NCBI GenBank assembly: GCA_038087875.1
Contig: CM075982.1
Location: forward strand, 12,648,001-12,712,000
Direction of reading: 5' to 3'
Origin: Malacoraja senta
Lineage: Eukaryota
Length of the DNA: 64,000 nt
The notes under the pieces were generated by a model. It saw nothing but the letters and a program-made list of their open reading frames with translations. It was not told where the DNA came from and did no database searches. The stretch's first letter is position 1, and the number at the start of each line of letters is the position of its first letter. Below, one piece after another: positions 1 through 10,005 of this stretch. Made by a program: the position numbers and the translations under genes.

Positions 1-673
1 CCCTCCCTTTGGAAGTCGTCGGACTCGGGGTCAGAGCGTATCTGCCCTTCTGCACTCACCTCTTGCAAAGAGGGTGCTTTCAAGCAGGCCTCTACTAGGC
101 ACTGCCAGCGGAGCCGTCCCCACGGCCTCCCGCCTGCACAACTCCTCCTGGAGTGTGGCTTTGTGGAGCAGCCCCTGTATGCGCTGCTCCTTTTGGATAA
201 CCGCTGGGACACGGTATCCTGTCCCCGACGGGTCTCTCCTGGCCTGACTCTGCCGAGTCAATGCCCCTGACAGACTTAGCTTATGCCGACCGCCCGACTG
301 GCGTTGGCTGTGTACCCGGCTGGGCACTTTGCCAAGTCTGTCGCCGCACCGCTACCGGCTTGCGACTCCCCAGAGGTGACAGGCTGCCTTTCAGAGACTG
401 CGCTCCCGCAGCTCTCTCTCTCCTTGTCCGCAGCAGACCTGCACCTTGATGATTTTTTCCTTGTTCCTGCATTGTGGGGAAAAAACACAGCAGCAATTTC
501 TCTACTTTTCTAACTCCTCCAAAGTCTCCCCGACTTTGGTGGAGCTGTAACTACTCACCTGCAGAAGGAGCTCCGTCCTCCTGCTGCTGAGCGCCAATGC
601 GTCAGACGTAATGACGCGCATGCGCCCTGATGGGTCTTCTTCACGTAGTCACTCACGTGACTCCGAAGTAAAA
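1..673 (-). mobile_element. 5' end (5' ITR and start of gag-like region) of a second DIRS1-type retrotransposon copy, running off the window edge
   Basis: Closely similar to 23417-24247; ends in the same terminus ...gtcactcacgtgactccgaagtaaaa at 673. Confidence 0.9.
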
Positions 674-904
674 TAGATTGATTCTTTACATTTTAGCTGC
701 ACAGAAGCAGTTTGGCCAGAGGCTCAGTGAGTTGTGAAGAGCAAATATTCAAAGAAGTAAATTTTATAATAAAACATAATAAAAAAGGAAATGCAGATGC
801 TATTTTAAAATGTACTTTTTATATCTATGGTTCAGTTTGGTTTATTGTTACGTGTATCAAGGAATGGTGAAAAGCTGCAAAAGTATGAGCCAATGTAAGA
901 GAAC

Positions 905-1357
905 AAGGGCTGGGATGCCGGGTGAATGATGGGTGAGCTGAAGTTTGTAAGGTGGAGGGTGGGAGATCAGACATGACCCCCTCAGCTGAGAAAAGTACTG
1001 TACAACAAAGATGGAGATGGAGTAGGGCGGAAAGTCAGAACCTTTTCCCAGGGTGGAAACGTCAAAGACAAGAGGGAATAGTTTTAAGTTGCAAGAGGCG
1101 ATGTTTAATGGAGATGTGTGGGCCATGTTTTTTTACACAGAGTGGTGGGTGCCTGGAACGTACTGCCAGGGGTGGTGGTGGAGGCAGATATGAAAGTGGC
1201 AGTAAAAGGCTTTAGATAGGCATATGGATATGCAGGGAATGGAGGGGTATGGATCTTATGCAGGCAGAGGAGATTAGTTTAACTTGTAATTATGTTCAGC
1301 ACGGACATTGTGGGCCAAAGGGCCAGTTCCTGCGCTGTATTGTTCTATGTTCTATGT
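905..1357 (+). mobile_element. CR1 LINE 3' fragment
   Basis: Degenerate ORF2 C-terminus (RAESQNLFP...) and 3' tail gggccaaagggccagttcctgcgctgtattgttctatgttctatg. Confidence 0.8.
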
Positions 1358-2139
1358 AATAGTGTGGATGAAATCAGCTGTCATCTCAATGACAAGGGTA
1401 TGGGGTTGGAGTCTCAGTCTCATCTCAAGGTCAAATGGGACTTCAGCTTTCAAACATTCTAGTTGCCGAGAGATTGGGATGTATTTTTAAATTCAAAAGA
1501 CGAAGCTGCCGAAAATCTGAAACAAAAGCAGAAAAGGTTGGAAGCATTCAGCAGGCCAGCAGCCATGGAAAGAGATCCAGAGTCAGTTAGGATTTTGGGG
1601 TGGGTTCAAATGTCTAAAGTTCGTACTTTGTGGGCAGGACCAGATGGCCTAGGCTGCTGACTCATACAGAACATCGTAGAGCAGAGCACTGCCCTCCAAT
1701 GCAGGATCTCTACCCTACCTTTGCTCTCGCTCACTTGTGAGGTGCAAGTCCCCAGTCGAAAAGCCATCTGAGAAACAATCATCAACTGATGAACTCAAGA
1801 ATATCTTGTGGGAAGTAGGAGATGGCATGTGTCTAACATGTACATGTACAGAGGACATAGGAGGTGGCACCCAATGACATTGGACACATGCCTGGTTTGT
1901 GTGTGTCCCACATGGTTTAGATATTACTCCTACAGAAATAGCCTTTGCCAGCAGCCTGATGCCTGCGTTTGCTTGGCTTATGGAAGACCAGTGGCAGAAT
2001 GGTGCTGTGCGTTTGATTAAGGTCCCCATTTAGGAAGGTGGTTACCTGGTACCCATGTGTTACCTCTATCCTGGTCCTTGTCAAGTGAAAGCTCTGCTGG
2101 CATTTTTCAGATCTGCAAAACCTCCCCTGAGTACTTTGT

Positions 2140-2485
2140 GGCAGAGTAATAGAGTCAGACACCACAGATACAGGCTCTTCAGCCCTCTGAGGCTATGTCA
2201 ACAATCTAGCCCCTAATCACACTAATCATACACCATCTCAGTTTATTCCCATATTCCCACCGACACCCACAAATTCTACCACTCTACCGCACACTGAAGA
2301 TAATACACTGAGGCCAATTCATCTACCAACTCGCCCGCTTTGTAGGGCTGTGGAAGAAAGCTGGAGAGCTAAAGACTATTCGTGCAATCACAGGGGGAAC
2401 ATGCAAATTCCCCACCGGAGGTCAGGGTTGAATTTGGGTGGCTGGAGCGGTGAGAAGTCAGATCCACTGGCAGCACCACTGTGCC
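2140..2485 (-). mobile_element. Old tRNA-derived HE1/V-SINE-like SINE
   Basis: Diverged match to the SINE family seen at 4445-4763. Confidence 0.6.
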
Positions 2486-3446
2486 TCTCTCTACGCTACC
2501 CTCGTCTTCTGATCGCACCATGCCACCTCCACACCTGTCATCTCAGAACAGAAGCTCTCTGAAGCCTGTCCTAATGTAAATGTACACACAGCTGCACTCA
2601 TTCAAAGTCATGGCTCAAACTACCTGCGCTGTGCATCTACCCAGCCCACAGTGCTGGAACACACAGGCACCACAGGCCTGTTCCACTGCATCAAAGAGGG
2701 GATCCGTTGCCGTAGGTGTCAAACCAATAAAGAGAGCCAGACTCACACAGAAAGCTCCCGATCCCGCATTGCTGCCGCTCTTTAGTGACTGAGATCAAAA
2801 TCAATTAGTCTTTTTAAGTTATCTTTCAGCCTGCCTGTGAGAAGTTTAGACTCTGCATCTAGTGAACCGGCACATCTGTGTGCTTGGAATGTGAGTAGAA
2901 GGGAGATGGGGGTGGCGTCTGCCAAGTGGGCATGGTACCAGGACTGGATGCAGGAGACTGCGGCTCACTCAGGCTGTTTTCAGACATGCTTATCTGTCGA
3001 CAGCAGGGCTCTGAGGGCTGACACTTGATCCTGATGGTTCAAAGTCTCAGTCGATGAAAAGAGTCTCAGTTTTAAACCAAAGCACCGTCTGAACTGAAGA
3101 TCCCATGCATCCTAATGCAGCCCTGCAGGGGGAACCTGTGAAAGGCAAAGGGGAGGGGTTGCAGGGGGGTTGTGTGGGGCTGAAGTGAATTTGGTTTCCT
3201 TCGGAAGCAAGGGATGGATTTAGGTGAAATTACTAGCTGCATTCGCCATTGAAGGCAAGAAAATTGGGATCCCGTGTGTCTTGAAACCATTTCATACAGA
3301 TGGCAAGGACCAGTCTGGCTTCCAACAAACATTTGCGTTGCCTCTTCACTTTACAACATACATCTCAAAAACCCATAAAAATTACTCACCCACGATACTC
3401 CTAAAGCACCTCCCAAATCCAGGGGCAGCACAGTGATTCAAAAGGG

Positions 3447-3732
3447 AACGGCACAGTGGTGGAGTTGCTGCCTTACAGCGGCAGAGACGTGGGTTCGATC
3501 CTGACCATGGGTGCTGCCTGTATGGAGTTCATAAGATCTACCTGTGACTGCATGGCTTTTCTCCGGTTTCCTCACACATTTTATAGATGTGCAGGTTTGT
3601 AGGGTAATTGGCTTCTGTAACTTGCCCCTGGATGTGAAACTGGAATAACATAGAACTGGTGTATGGGTGATCGTCGGTTGGCATGGACTCAGGGGGCCGC
3701 TGGGCCTGTTTCCACACTGTATCTCTAAACTA
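3447..3732 (+). mobile_element. tRNA-derived HE1/V-SINE-like SINE
   Basis: A-box-like ggcacagtggtggag, B-box ggttcgatcc, V-domain-like core, CR1-type tail ctgtatctctaaactaa. Confidence 0.8.
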
Positions 3733-3734
3733 AG

Positions 3735-3970
3735 CCCACCACTTCAATGATGGAGAAGGACAAAGGCAGCCTGTGCATGGGAACACCATCAATGGCAGAT
3801 GCTGCACATCACCCAGATCTGGAAATATAACATTGTCACTGGGTCTAAATCTTGGAACTCTCTTCCCAACAGCGCCTACACTGCATTGGCTCACCACTGC
3901 CCTCTCAAGGACAATTAGGGAAGGGCAATAAATACTGCCCTTGCCAACAATGGTCATATCCCTAAAATGA
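3735..3970 (+). mobile_element. Old CR1/L2-group LINE 3' end
   Basis: Tail ...ctcaccactgccctctcaaggacaattagggaagggcaataaatactg, also seen near 26830-27000 (-), 34130-34230 and 50270-50345. Confidence 0.6.
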
Positions 3971-4204
3971 ACAACAAAATAATCCCACAGAAAGTTAGTC
4001 AAGTCAATGCAGTAATTCCCACTACTCAATATGATACAGTTTTGAAGTCCCAGAGCTGACTTAGTGGATCCACCTGGGTTTGCAGTACTTCACTTGGCCT
4101 CTATGAGCCCAGTTAGTGAGCGCAAGGCTTCACTCTTGCCCCTGGTCAGAATGGGCATGTAGATATTGGTAGGTGGCAAGCTCAGGGGCAGCTGCTGGCT
4201 CATT

Positions 4205-4370
4205 AGTTCATGAGTTATAGGAGCAGAGTTAGGCCATTCGGCCCATCAAGTCCACTCCGCCATTCAATCATGGCTGAACTATCTTTCCCTCTCAAGCCCA
4301 TTCTCCTGCCCTTTTCCTCGTAACCCCTGACACGATTACCAATCAAGAATCAAGAATCTATCAATCTCCG
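4205..4370 (-). mobile_element. CR1 3' UTR fragment
   Basis: ggccattcggcccatcaagtccactccgccattcaatcatggctga, the same tail as the CR1 at 13321. Confidence 0.75.
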
Positions 4371-4444
4371 TAGTGGTGCCTATTCCTGGTGGTGAGGGCT
4401 GGGTGAAGGGCTCAGGGCTCACTTGCTCTTCAGGCTTCCTCGGA

Positions 4445-4763
4445 TTAGTTTAGTTTAGTTGAGATACAGCGTGGAAACAGGCCCTTTGGCCCACCGGGTC
4501 CGCGCCAACCAGCGATCCCCGCACATTAACATTATCCTACACACACTAGGGACCAAAATTTTATAACCTTTACCAAGCCAATTAACCTACAAACCTGTAT
4601 GTCTTTGGAGTGTGGGGGGAAAAACTGAAGATCTCGGAGAAAACCCACAGGGAGAACGTACAAACTCCGTACAGACTGCACCCGTAGTCTGGATTGAACC
4701 CGGGTCTCCGGCGCAGCAAGCGCTGTAAGGCAGCAACTCTACCGCTGCACCACCATGCCGCCC
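4445..4763 (-). mobile_element. tRNA-derived HE1/V-SINE-like SINE
   Basis: Minus-strand head ggcggcatggtggtgcagcggtagagttgctgcc...gggttcaatcc and (CTAAA)n tail. Confidence 0.85.
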
Positions 4764-5939
4764 TTAAGGGTGCAGCCTTATATGTGTGCCTGGGCTTTAT
4801 ACTCTGGGCTGGGCCTTATCTGTGAAGCTGAAAGTAACAGTCAGGTACTCCAGAACTGGGCCTTATACAGGCTCCATCACAGTTAAATCACCCTGTGGGC
4901 ACTCTGGCTGATCTGTTATTTCGAGCGACATGGGGCACAGATGGCAGCCTTTCAGTTCACTGTTGACTGCGCTGCCGTGTTGACATTGCGGTGTTGTTTT
5001 TCCCATACCCGGTGTTTCGTCTCCGATCCTCCGTGTTCTTCATCTTTGCGCACACATCCAAATGCCTTCTGAAATTATTTATGGAATCAGCATACTGAGG
5101 TTTGTGGTGTGGTGCTGATTGTATGTTTGCTTTTTTGAGACATTGAATATGCTGTTGGTAATATTATTGGAGTCAATTTTCCACTGTAAATTAATCCCAG
5201 GCATTAAACATCAGCAGCCAAGTAAAAAATCGGCAACTAAACCAACAATTAGACCCACTAATGATGGCTTTGGACACTGAACATGTCTCCATGCAGTGAG
5301 GTTGGATTCCTTCTCTATCGAATAGAGAGCCTTGGTCACTACATCTGCCAGGTACATTCTGCCGCAGAGGAATTCACGTTTGGCAGTGTTCTGCAAAGAT
5401 CAGCACATCATTCAGCAGCAAGTCATGTGCCTGACACGTGGCCTTGTTCCCAACATATCAACGTGCCGGGAAACTGGCTCTGGCACAGGGTGGCAGCATA
5501 CAGCCACATGGCACCCATGTACTCCACACTTACCACTCTCCATCTCTTCCGCTACCTTTGTCCCAACATTACAGCTCACTGGTCTGTCTTGAATCACACA
5601 ACACCTTTCACATTCAAAAGGTGAGAGTAACTCAGCAGATTCTGTTACCATGAGCGAGCCTTGGTCATTACATCTGCCAGGTACATTCTGCTGCATAGGA
5701 ATGAAGTAGCGATGGTTGCCAGACATTTGCAGTGTACACAGTATGGCTTTTCCAGCACTTTGCTGAAACTGTACTCATTTTCTCAGTAATGGCTCAATAG
5801 CAGGGGTGAAACTTCCTGTGGTGTGGTCATATCACCAGCATCTCCAATTTAACCCATTTGTACAGATTGTGTCAGCCATTTCCTTACTTAGATGCCATAC
5901 CGGCCCATACTGGCTTACTTTCACCTCTGCTCAATAGAG

Positions 5940-6530
5940 ACATTCAGTGTGGCAGCACCTTGTGTCAGCGGCTCGACTGCAGTCCGTCCGTCTTTTCTTT
6001 CTTTTTGTCCCGTTAGATGTATGTTTAATCTCTTCCCTGTACGGGGACCCGACCTTTTCCCTGTCGGGTCTCCATTGTCGTTGGGCCTAACATCGTGGGG
6101 CCGGCGGCCTCCAACCGGAACCAACCTGAGGGCTCCAGTCGTGTAGCCTGCGGACTCACCATCGCGGAGCTGACCGAATTCGGAGTGTGGAGAATCAAGA
6201 CCCGGAGCACGGCCTTACTTCGACCGGCGCGGCCTTAACAGCCGCGGGACTTGCCATCGCCCACCGGGGGCTTTAACATCAGGAGCCCCGGTTGCCTCGA
6301 CGCAGCAGTTGGACTGCTGGACCGCAGGAGAAGAGCAAAGAACAGGGAAGAGACAAGACTTTGCCTTCCATCACAGTGAGGAGGTGTTTGGAGATTCACT
6401 GTGATGGATGTTTATGTAAATTGTGTTAATTGTGTGTCTTGTTTTTTTTTAATGTTATGACTGCAGGAACGAAGTTTCGTTCGAACCTTGTTTGTGTGAA
6501 TGACAATAAATGACATTCTATTCTATTCTA
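5940..6530 (+). mobile_element. GC-rich non-autonomous retroelement with LINE-type 3' stem-loop and (ATTCT)n tail
   Basis: Shares ccttccatcacagtgagg...cactgtgatggatgtt with 9117-9758 and 40060-40963; ends aataaatgacattctattctattct. Confidence 0.7.
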
Positions 6531-6559
6531 AATGTGATGGAAGAACTATTATTGTCCAT

Positions 6560-6670
6560 CTTACCTGGTCTCCGACTTACTCCACGTGGATGTTGTACTG
6601 AAGAGATAATGAAGAGATAATATTCCTGTACTCACCTAGTAAATAAAGAACAATTAGAAAAAGAGTTGTT
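6560..6670 (-). other. Candidate recursive splice site / RS-exon (71 nt, 6635-6565)
   Basis: Minus strand ctctttttctaattgttctttatttactag|GTGAGT...GGA|GTAAGT...CAG|GTAAGA. Confidence 0.4.
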
Positions 6671-6699
6671 GAACAGGTAAACTGGTATTTCTCTACTGT

Positions 6700-6925
6700 A
6701 GACATAAAGAACTCAGATGTTGGTTTACACCAAAGTGCCGGAGTAACTCAATGTATCAGACAGCATCTCTGGAGTAAAAGGAAAGGTGACATTTTGGATC
6801 GGGACCCTTCTTACGACTGGAAGAAGACCAGTCTGAAGAAGGGTCCCAAACCGAAGTGTCGCACATTATTTTTTTCCAGTGATGCTGCCTGACATGTTGA
6901 GCTACTCCAACACTTTAATGCCTAT
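6700..6925. mobile_element. Penelope-derived short element, fold-back, diverged
   Basis: Two inverted halves meeting at ...cccttctt/ctgaagaagggtccc. Confidence 0.7.
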
Positions 6926-7026
6926 CTCACTACTGCGGATGTGTGGTGATTTTGGTCAATAAATGATACAGGTACAGTATATGTTGGGCTCTTTTGTTGT
7001 TCGTATGCCAGATTTGGCTCTGTTGG

Positions 7027-7112
<86 letters not shown>
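7027..7112. repeat. (ATCA)n microsatellite, the expanded 3' tail of the adjacent retroelement
   Basis: About 21 perfect ATCA units next to tttatt (AATAAA on the minus strand). Confidence 0.95.
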
Positions 7113-7455
7113 TTATTCACACATACACAATAAAGTGCAGTGAAATCAATTTTGCCAGCAGCGGTACAATCAAAAAAGAACACAAAATACACAATAAAAA
7201 TGTAACACAAACATCCACCACAGCATTCTTCATTGTGGTGGAAGGCACAAAGTACAGTCAGTCCCCCTCCATTGTTCCCCCGTGGTCGGGGCCATAAACC
7301 TCTGCAGTCGCCGCTGCGGGCGGCCAGATGTACAGGCCCCCTCGTCGGGACGGTAAGTCCCGAATCGGCGCTTCCCTTCCGGAGACCACGGCTTCAGGAT
7401 GTTGTAGGCCGCAGGCCGGCGGTCGGAGATTCTCTGGGGATCACCGGCGAGGGAA
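7027..7455 (-). mobile_element. 5'-truncated copy of the GC-rich non-autonomous element (family of 40060-40963)
   Basis: Reverse complement resembles 40560-40960. Confidence 0.8.
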
Positions 7456-7509
7456 TGCCTCTGAGCCCTGGTATGAGGACAAGACTGAGGTGGATGTTCC
7501 AGTGATGGG

Positions 7510-7764
7510 AGATGGACACAAAAAGCTGGAGTAACTCAGCGGGGCAGGCAGCATCTCTGGAGAGAAGGAATGGGTGACGTTTCGGGCTGAAACCCTTCTT
7601 CAGACAGGTAGGATGTTAGGTGGATTGTCAAGTCTGAAGAAGGGTCTCGACCCAAAACATCACCCATTCCTTCTCTCCAGAGATGCTGCTTGTCCTGCTG
7701 GGTTACTCCAGCTTTTTGTGTCTACCTTCGATTTAAACCAGCATCTGCAGTTCCTTCCTACACA
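7510..7764. mobile_element. Penelope-derived fold-back element with 13-bp TSD
   Basis: TSD ttccagtgatggg at 7497-7509 and 7765-7777; inverted halves each carrying the hammerhead-like core. Confidence 0.85.
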
Positions 7765-8062
7765 TTCCAGTGATGGGGTGCCGCATGAGGGATACTCTCT
7801 TTCAGATGAAACCAGACAACACCAGGTCCTTTTTGTTAACTCAGACAAACATAAAAAAGATCCTGTTGCATTGTCTTGAAGAATATTTGTTTCGCAGGCA
7901 AGTCTCCTGAAGTTTAACGAACGACCTCTTTAATGAGGGGTTCCCATCTAGCGAGTAGAATCTTGACATTTATGATATCTACCTTTAAGAAACAGTTAGA
8001 CAGGTAAATGGATAGGACAAGTTTGGAGGGATATGGACCAGGTGGGACTAGTGTAGCTGGGA

Positions 8063-8341
8063 GGTACACAAAAATGCTGGAGAAACTCAGCGGGTGCAGC
8101 AGCATCTATGGAGCGAAGGAAACAGGCAACGTTTCGGGCCGAAACCCTTCTTCATACCAGGGCTCAGAGGCATTCCCTCGCCGGTGATCCCCGGAGAAGC
8201 TCCGACCGCCGGCCTGCGGCCTACAACATCCTGAAGCCGTGGTCTCCGGAAGGGAAGCGCCGATTTGGGACTTACCGTCCCGACGAGGGGTCCTGTACAT
8301 CTGGCCGCCCGCAGCGGCAACTGCGGAGGTTTATGGCCCCG
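8063..8341. mobile_element. Chimeric insertion (Penelope-derived half plus an inverted copy of 7286-7476) inside a CR1 tail
   Basis: 12-bp TSD gtgtagctggga at 8051-8062 and 8342-8353. Confidence 0.8.
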
Positions 8342-8424
8342 GTGTAGCTGGGACATGTTGGCCGTTGTGGGCAAGTTGGGCCGAAGAGCCTGTTTTAACA
8401 ATGTATCACTCTGTGACTCTAATA

Positions 8425-8635
8425 TCAGAGTTATTCTTGATTTTCTGGCTAATATTTATCACTCAGCAGGCATATAAAAACAGGTTTATCCGGTCATTAT
8501 CACCTCGCAGTTAGTGGAATCTTGCCACATTTCTCAACGTTCAACAGTGACTATGCTTCAAAAACACCTTGGATGCAAAATACATTTGGATGTTCTGATT
8601 TTATAAACGCCTATTTACAAATGCAAGTCTTTCAT
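8425..8635 (+). mobile_element. Deu-domain SINE relic (SacSINE1/AmnSINE1-like)
   Basis: ggctaatatttatc...ggtcattatcac...caacagtgactatgcttcaaaa...aaatgcaagtctttc. Confidence 0.7.
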
Positions 8636-8909
8636 TTTGTTCACTGTATATTAGAGACATTTTCCTGAAGAGTCAAAGGCTATCTTCATTCTAGAATCAA
8701 GCCCAGTTGGCCTGTTGTGTGATGGTATCTATTAGAGAATGAGTGGGAACAAGGAGGAAGTCAGGTGGGATGTCAACAGTAATCAACCCACAAACTGTTC
8801 TGTCTCTAAGATTTGAGAATGTTATTGCAAGGGAGAAACTGGGTAAATGTGGTGTGAAAGGCGCTGAAGTTCTTCTGTCACCAGTGAGAATATTTTTTTA
8901 AAGTAAATG

Positions 8910-9830
8910 ATCATGCAAGGATAGATAGGGTAGATGCACAGAGTCTTTGACTCAGAGTAGGAAAATCAAGAACAGAGGACATAGGTGAGAGGGAAAAGAT
9001 TTAATAGGAACCTGAGGGGCAACAGAGGGTGGGGATATATGGATCGAGTTACCAAAGTAGGCAGTTGAGGCAGGCACTATAACACCATTTAAAAGACATT
9101 TGGATAGGTACATAGATGGCTGCCTCGCCAACAGTCTGTCTGTCCCTTTCTTCTTCGTTGTTTTTTTAGTATGTGTTAAATGTAGGTTTTTAGTGTTCTT
9201 TAGCTTGTTTTTATGTGGGGGTGAGGGAGGGGGTTGGGGGAACCTTTTTCTAATCTCACCTCGACGGAGATGTGATTTTTTCCCATATCTGCCGCCTAAC
9301 ATCGAGGAGCTGGCGGTCTTTGCTGGAGATCGACTTCGAGAGCTCCACCGCGGAAGCTGCGGGTCTTAACATCACGGAGTTCACGACCCCCTTGCCAGGG
9401 ATCGACCTCTGAGCTCTACCGCGGACTTTAACATCGCGGAGCTCGCGGTCTCTGATCAGTGACCGACTTCGGGAACTCCCAGCCGCAGGAGCTTCGACCA
9501 CCCTGATGCGAGAGCTTAGATCGCCCCGATGCGGGAGCTTAGATCGTCCCGACCGCAGGAGATAAATGAGGGACGAAGATTAGACTTTATTTCCTTCCAT
9601 CACAGTGAGGAACGTGGGGAATCCACTGTGGTGGATGTTTCTGTTAACTTTTATGTAGTTGTGTGTCTTGTTGCTTTTTTTAGTATGGCTGCATGGTAAT
9701 TCGCATATCACTGTACCTTAATTGGTACACGTGACAATAAAAGAGCTTTAAAACCTTTGAGATAGGAAGTTTACGGATAGGGGCCAAAAACAGACAGGTG
9801 GGACTAGTGCAGATGGGTCATCATGAGGCC
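8910..9830 (+). mobile_element. CR1 3' fragment interrupted by the element at 9117-9758
   Basis: ggatagatagggtagatgcacagagtc...aaagacatttggataggtacat, resuming at 9760 as gataggaagttt...gggactagtgcagatggg. Confidence 0.7.
9117..9758 (+). mobile_element. GC-rich non-autonomous retroelement with internal tandem repeats and Rex1/L2-like tail
   Basis: Internal repeats acatcgcggagctc... and 22-bp ccgatgcgggagcttagatcg; tail cactgtaccttaattggtacacgtgacaataaa. Confidence 0.75.
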
Positions 9831-10005
9831 TCGATAAAGGCCTACGACCACGTTCCCGGTCTGTAGCTGTGGATCGATCGGGAAGGATTCTGCTGCGCGG
9901 CTCGGCAGGAAACCGTACTGATCTTATCTGCCTGTACATGGTACATAACCCTCTCTTCACTGCACTCACATGTGCCTATCTAAAAACCTCTTAAACATTA
10001 CTATC

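Noticed and set aside
3447-3505. tRNA gene
   Set aside because: The A/B boxes belong to a SINE head; there is no cloverleaf or terminator, and SINE body sequence follows
5283-5624. ORF containing GHYICQV..FTFGS, reminiscent of an immunoglobulin-domain YxC/FGxG motif
   Set aside because: No upstream Cys/Trp framework, no D-x-G-x-Y-x-C and no FGxG; the motif lies in a nucleotide repeat whose second copy is flanked by stops
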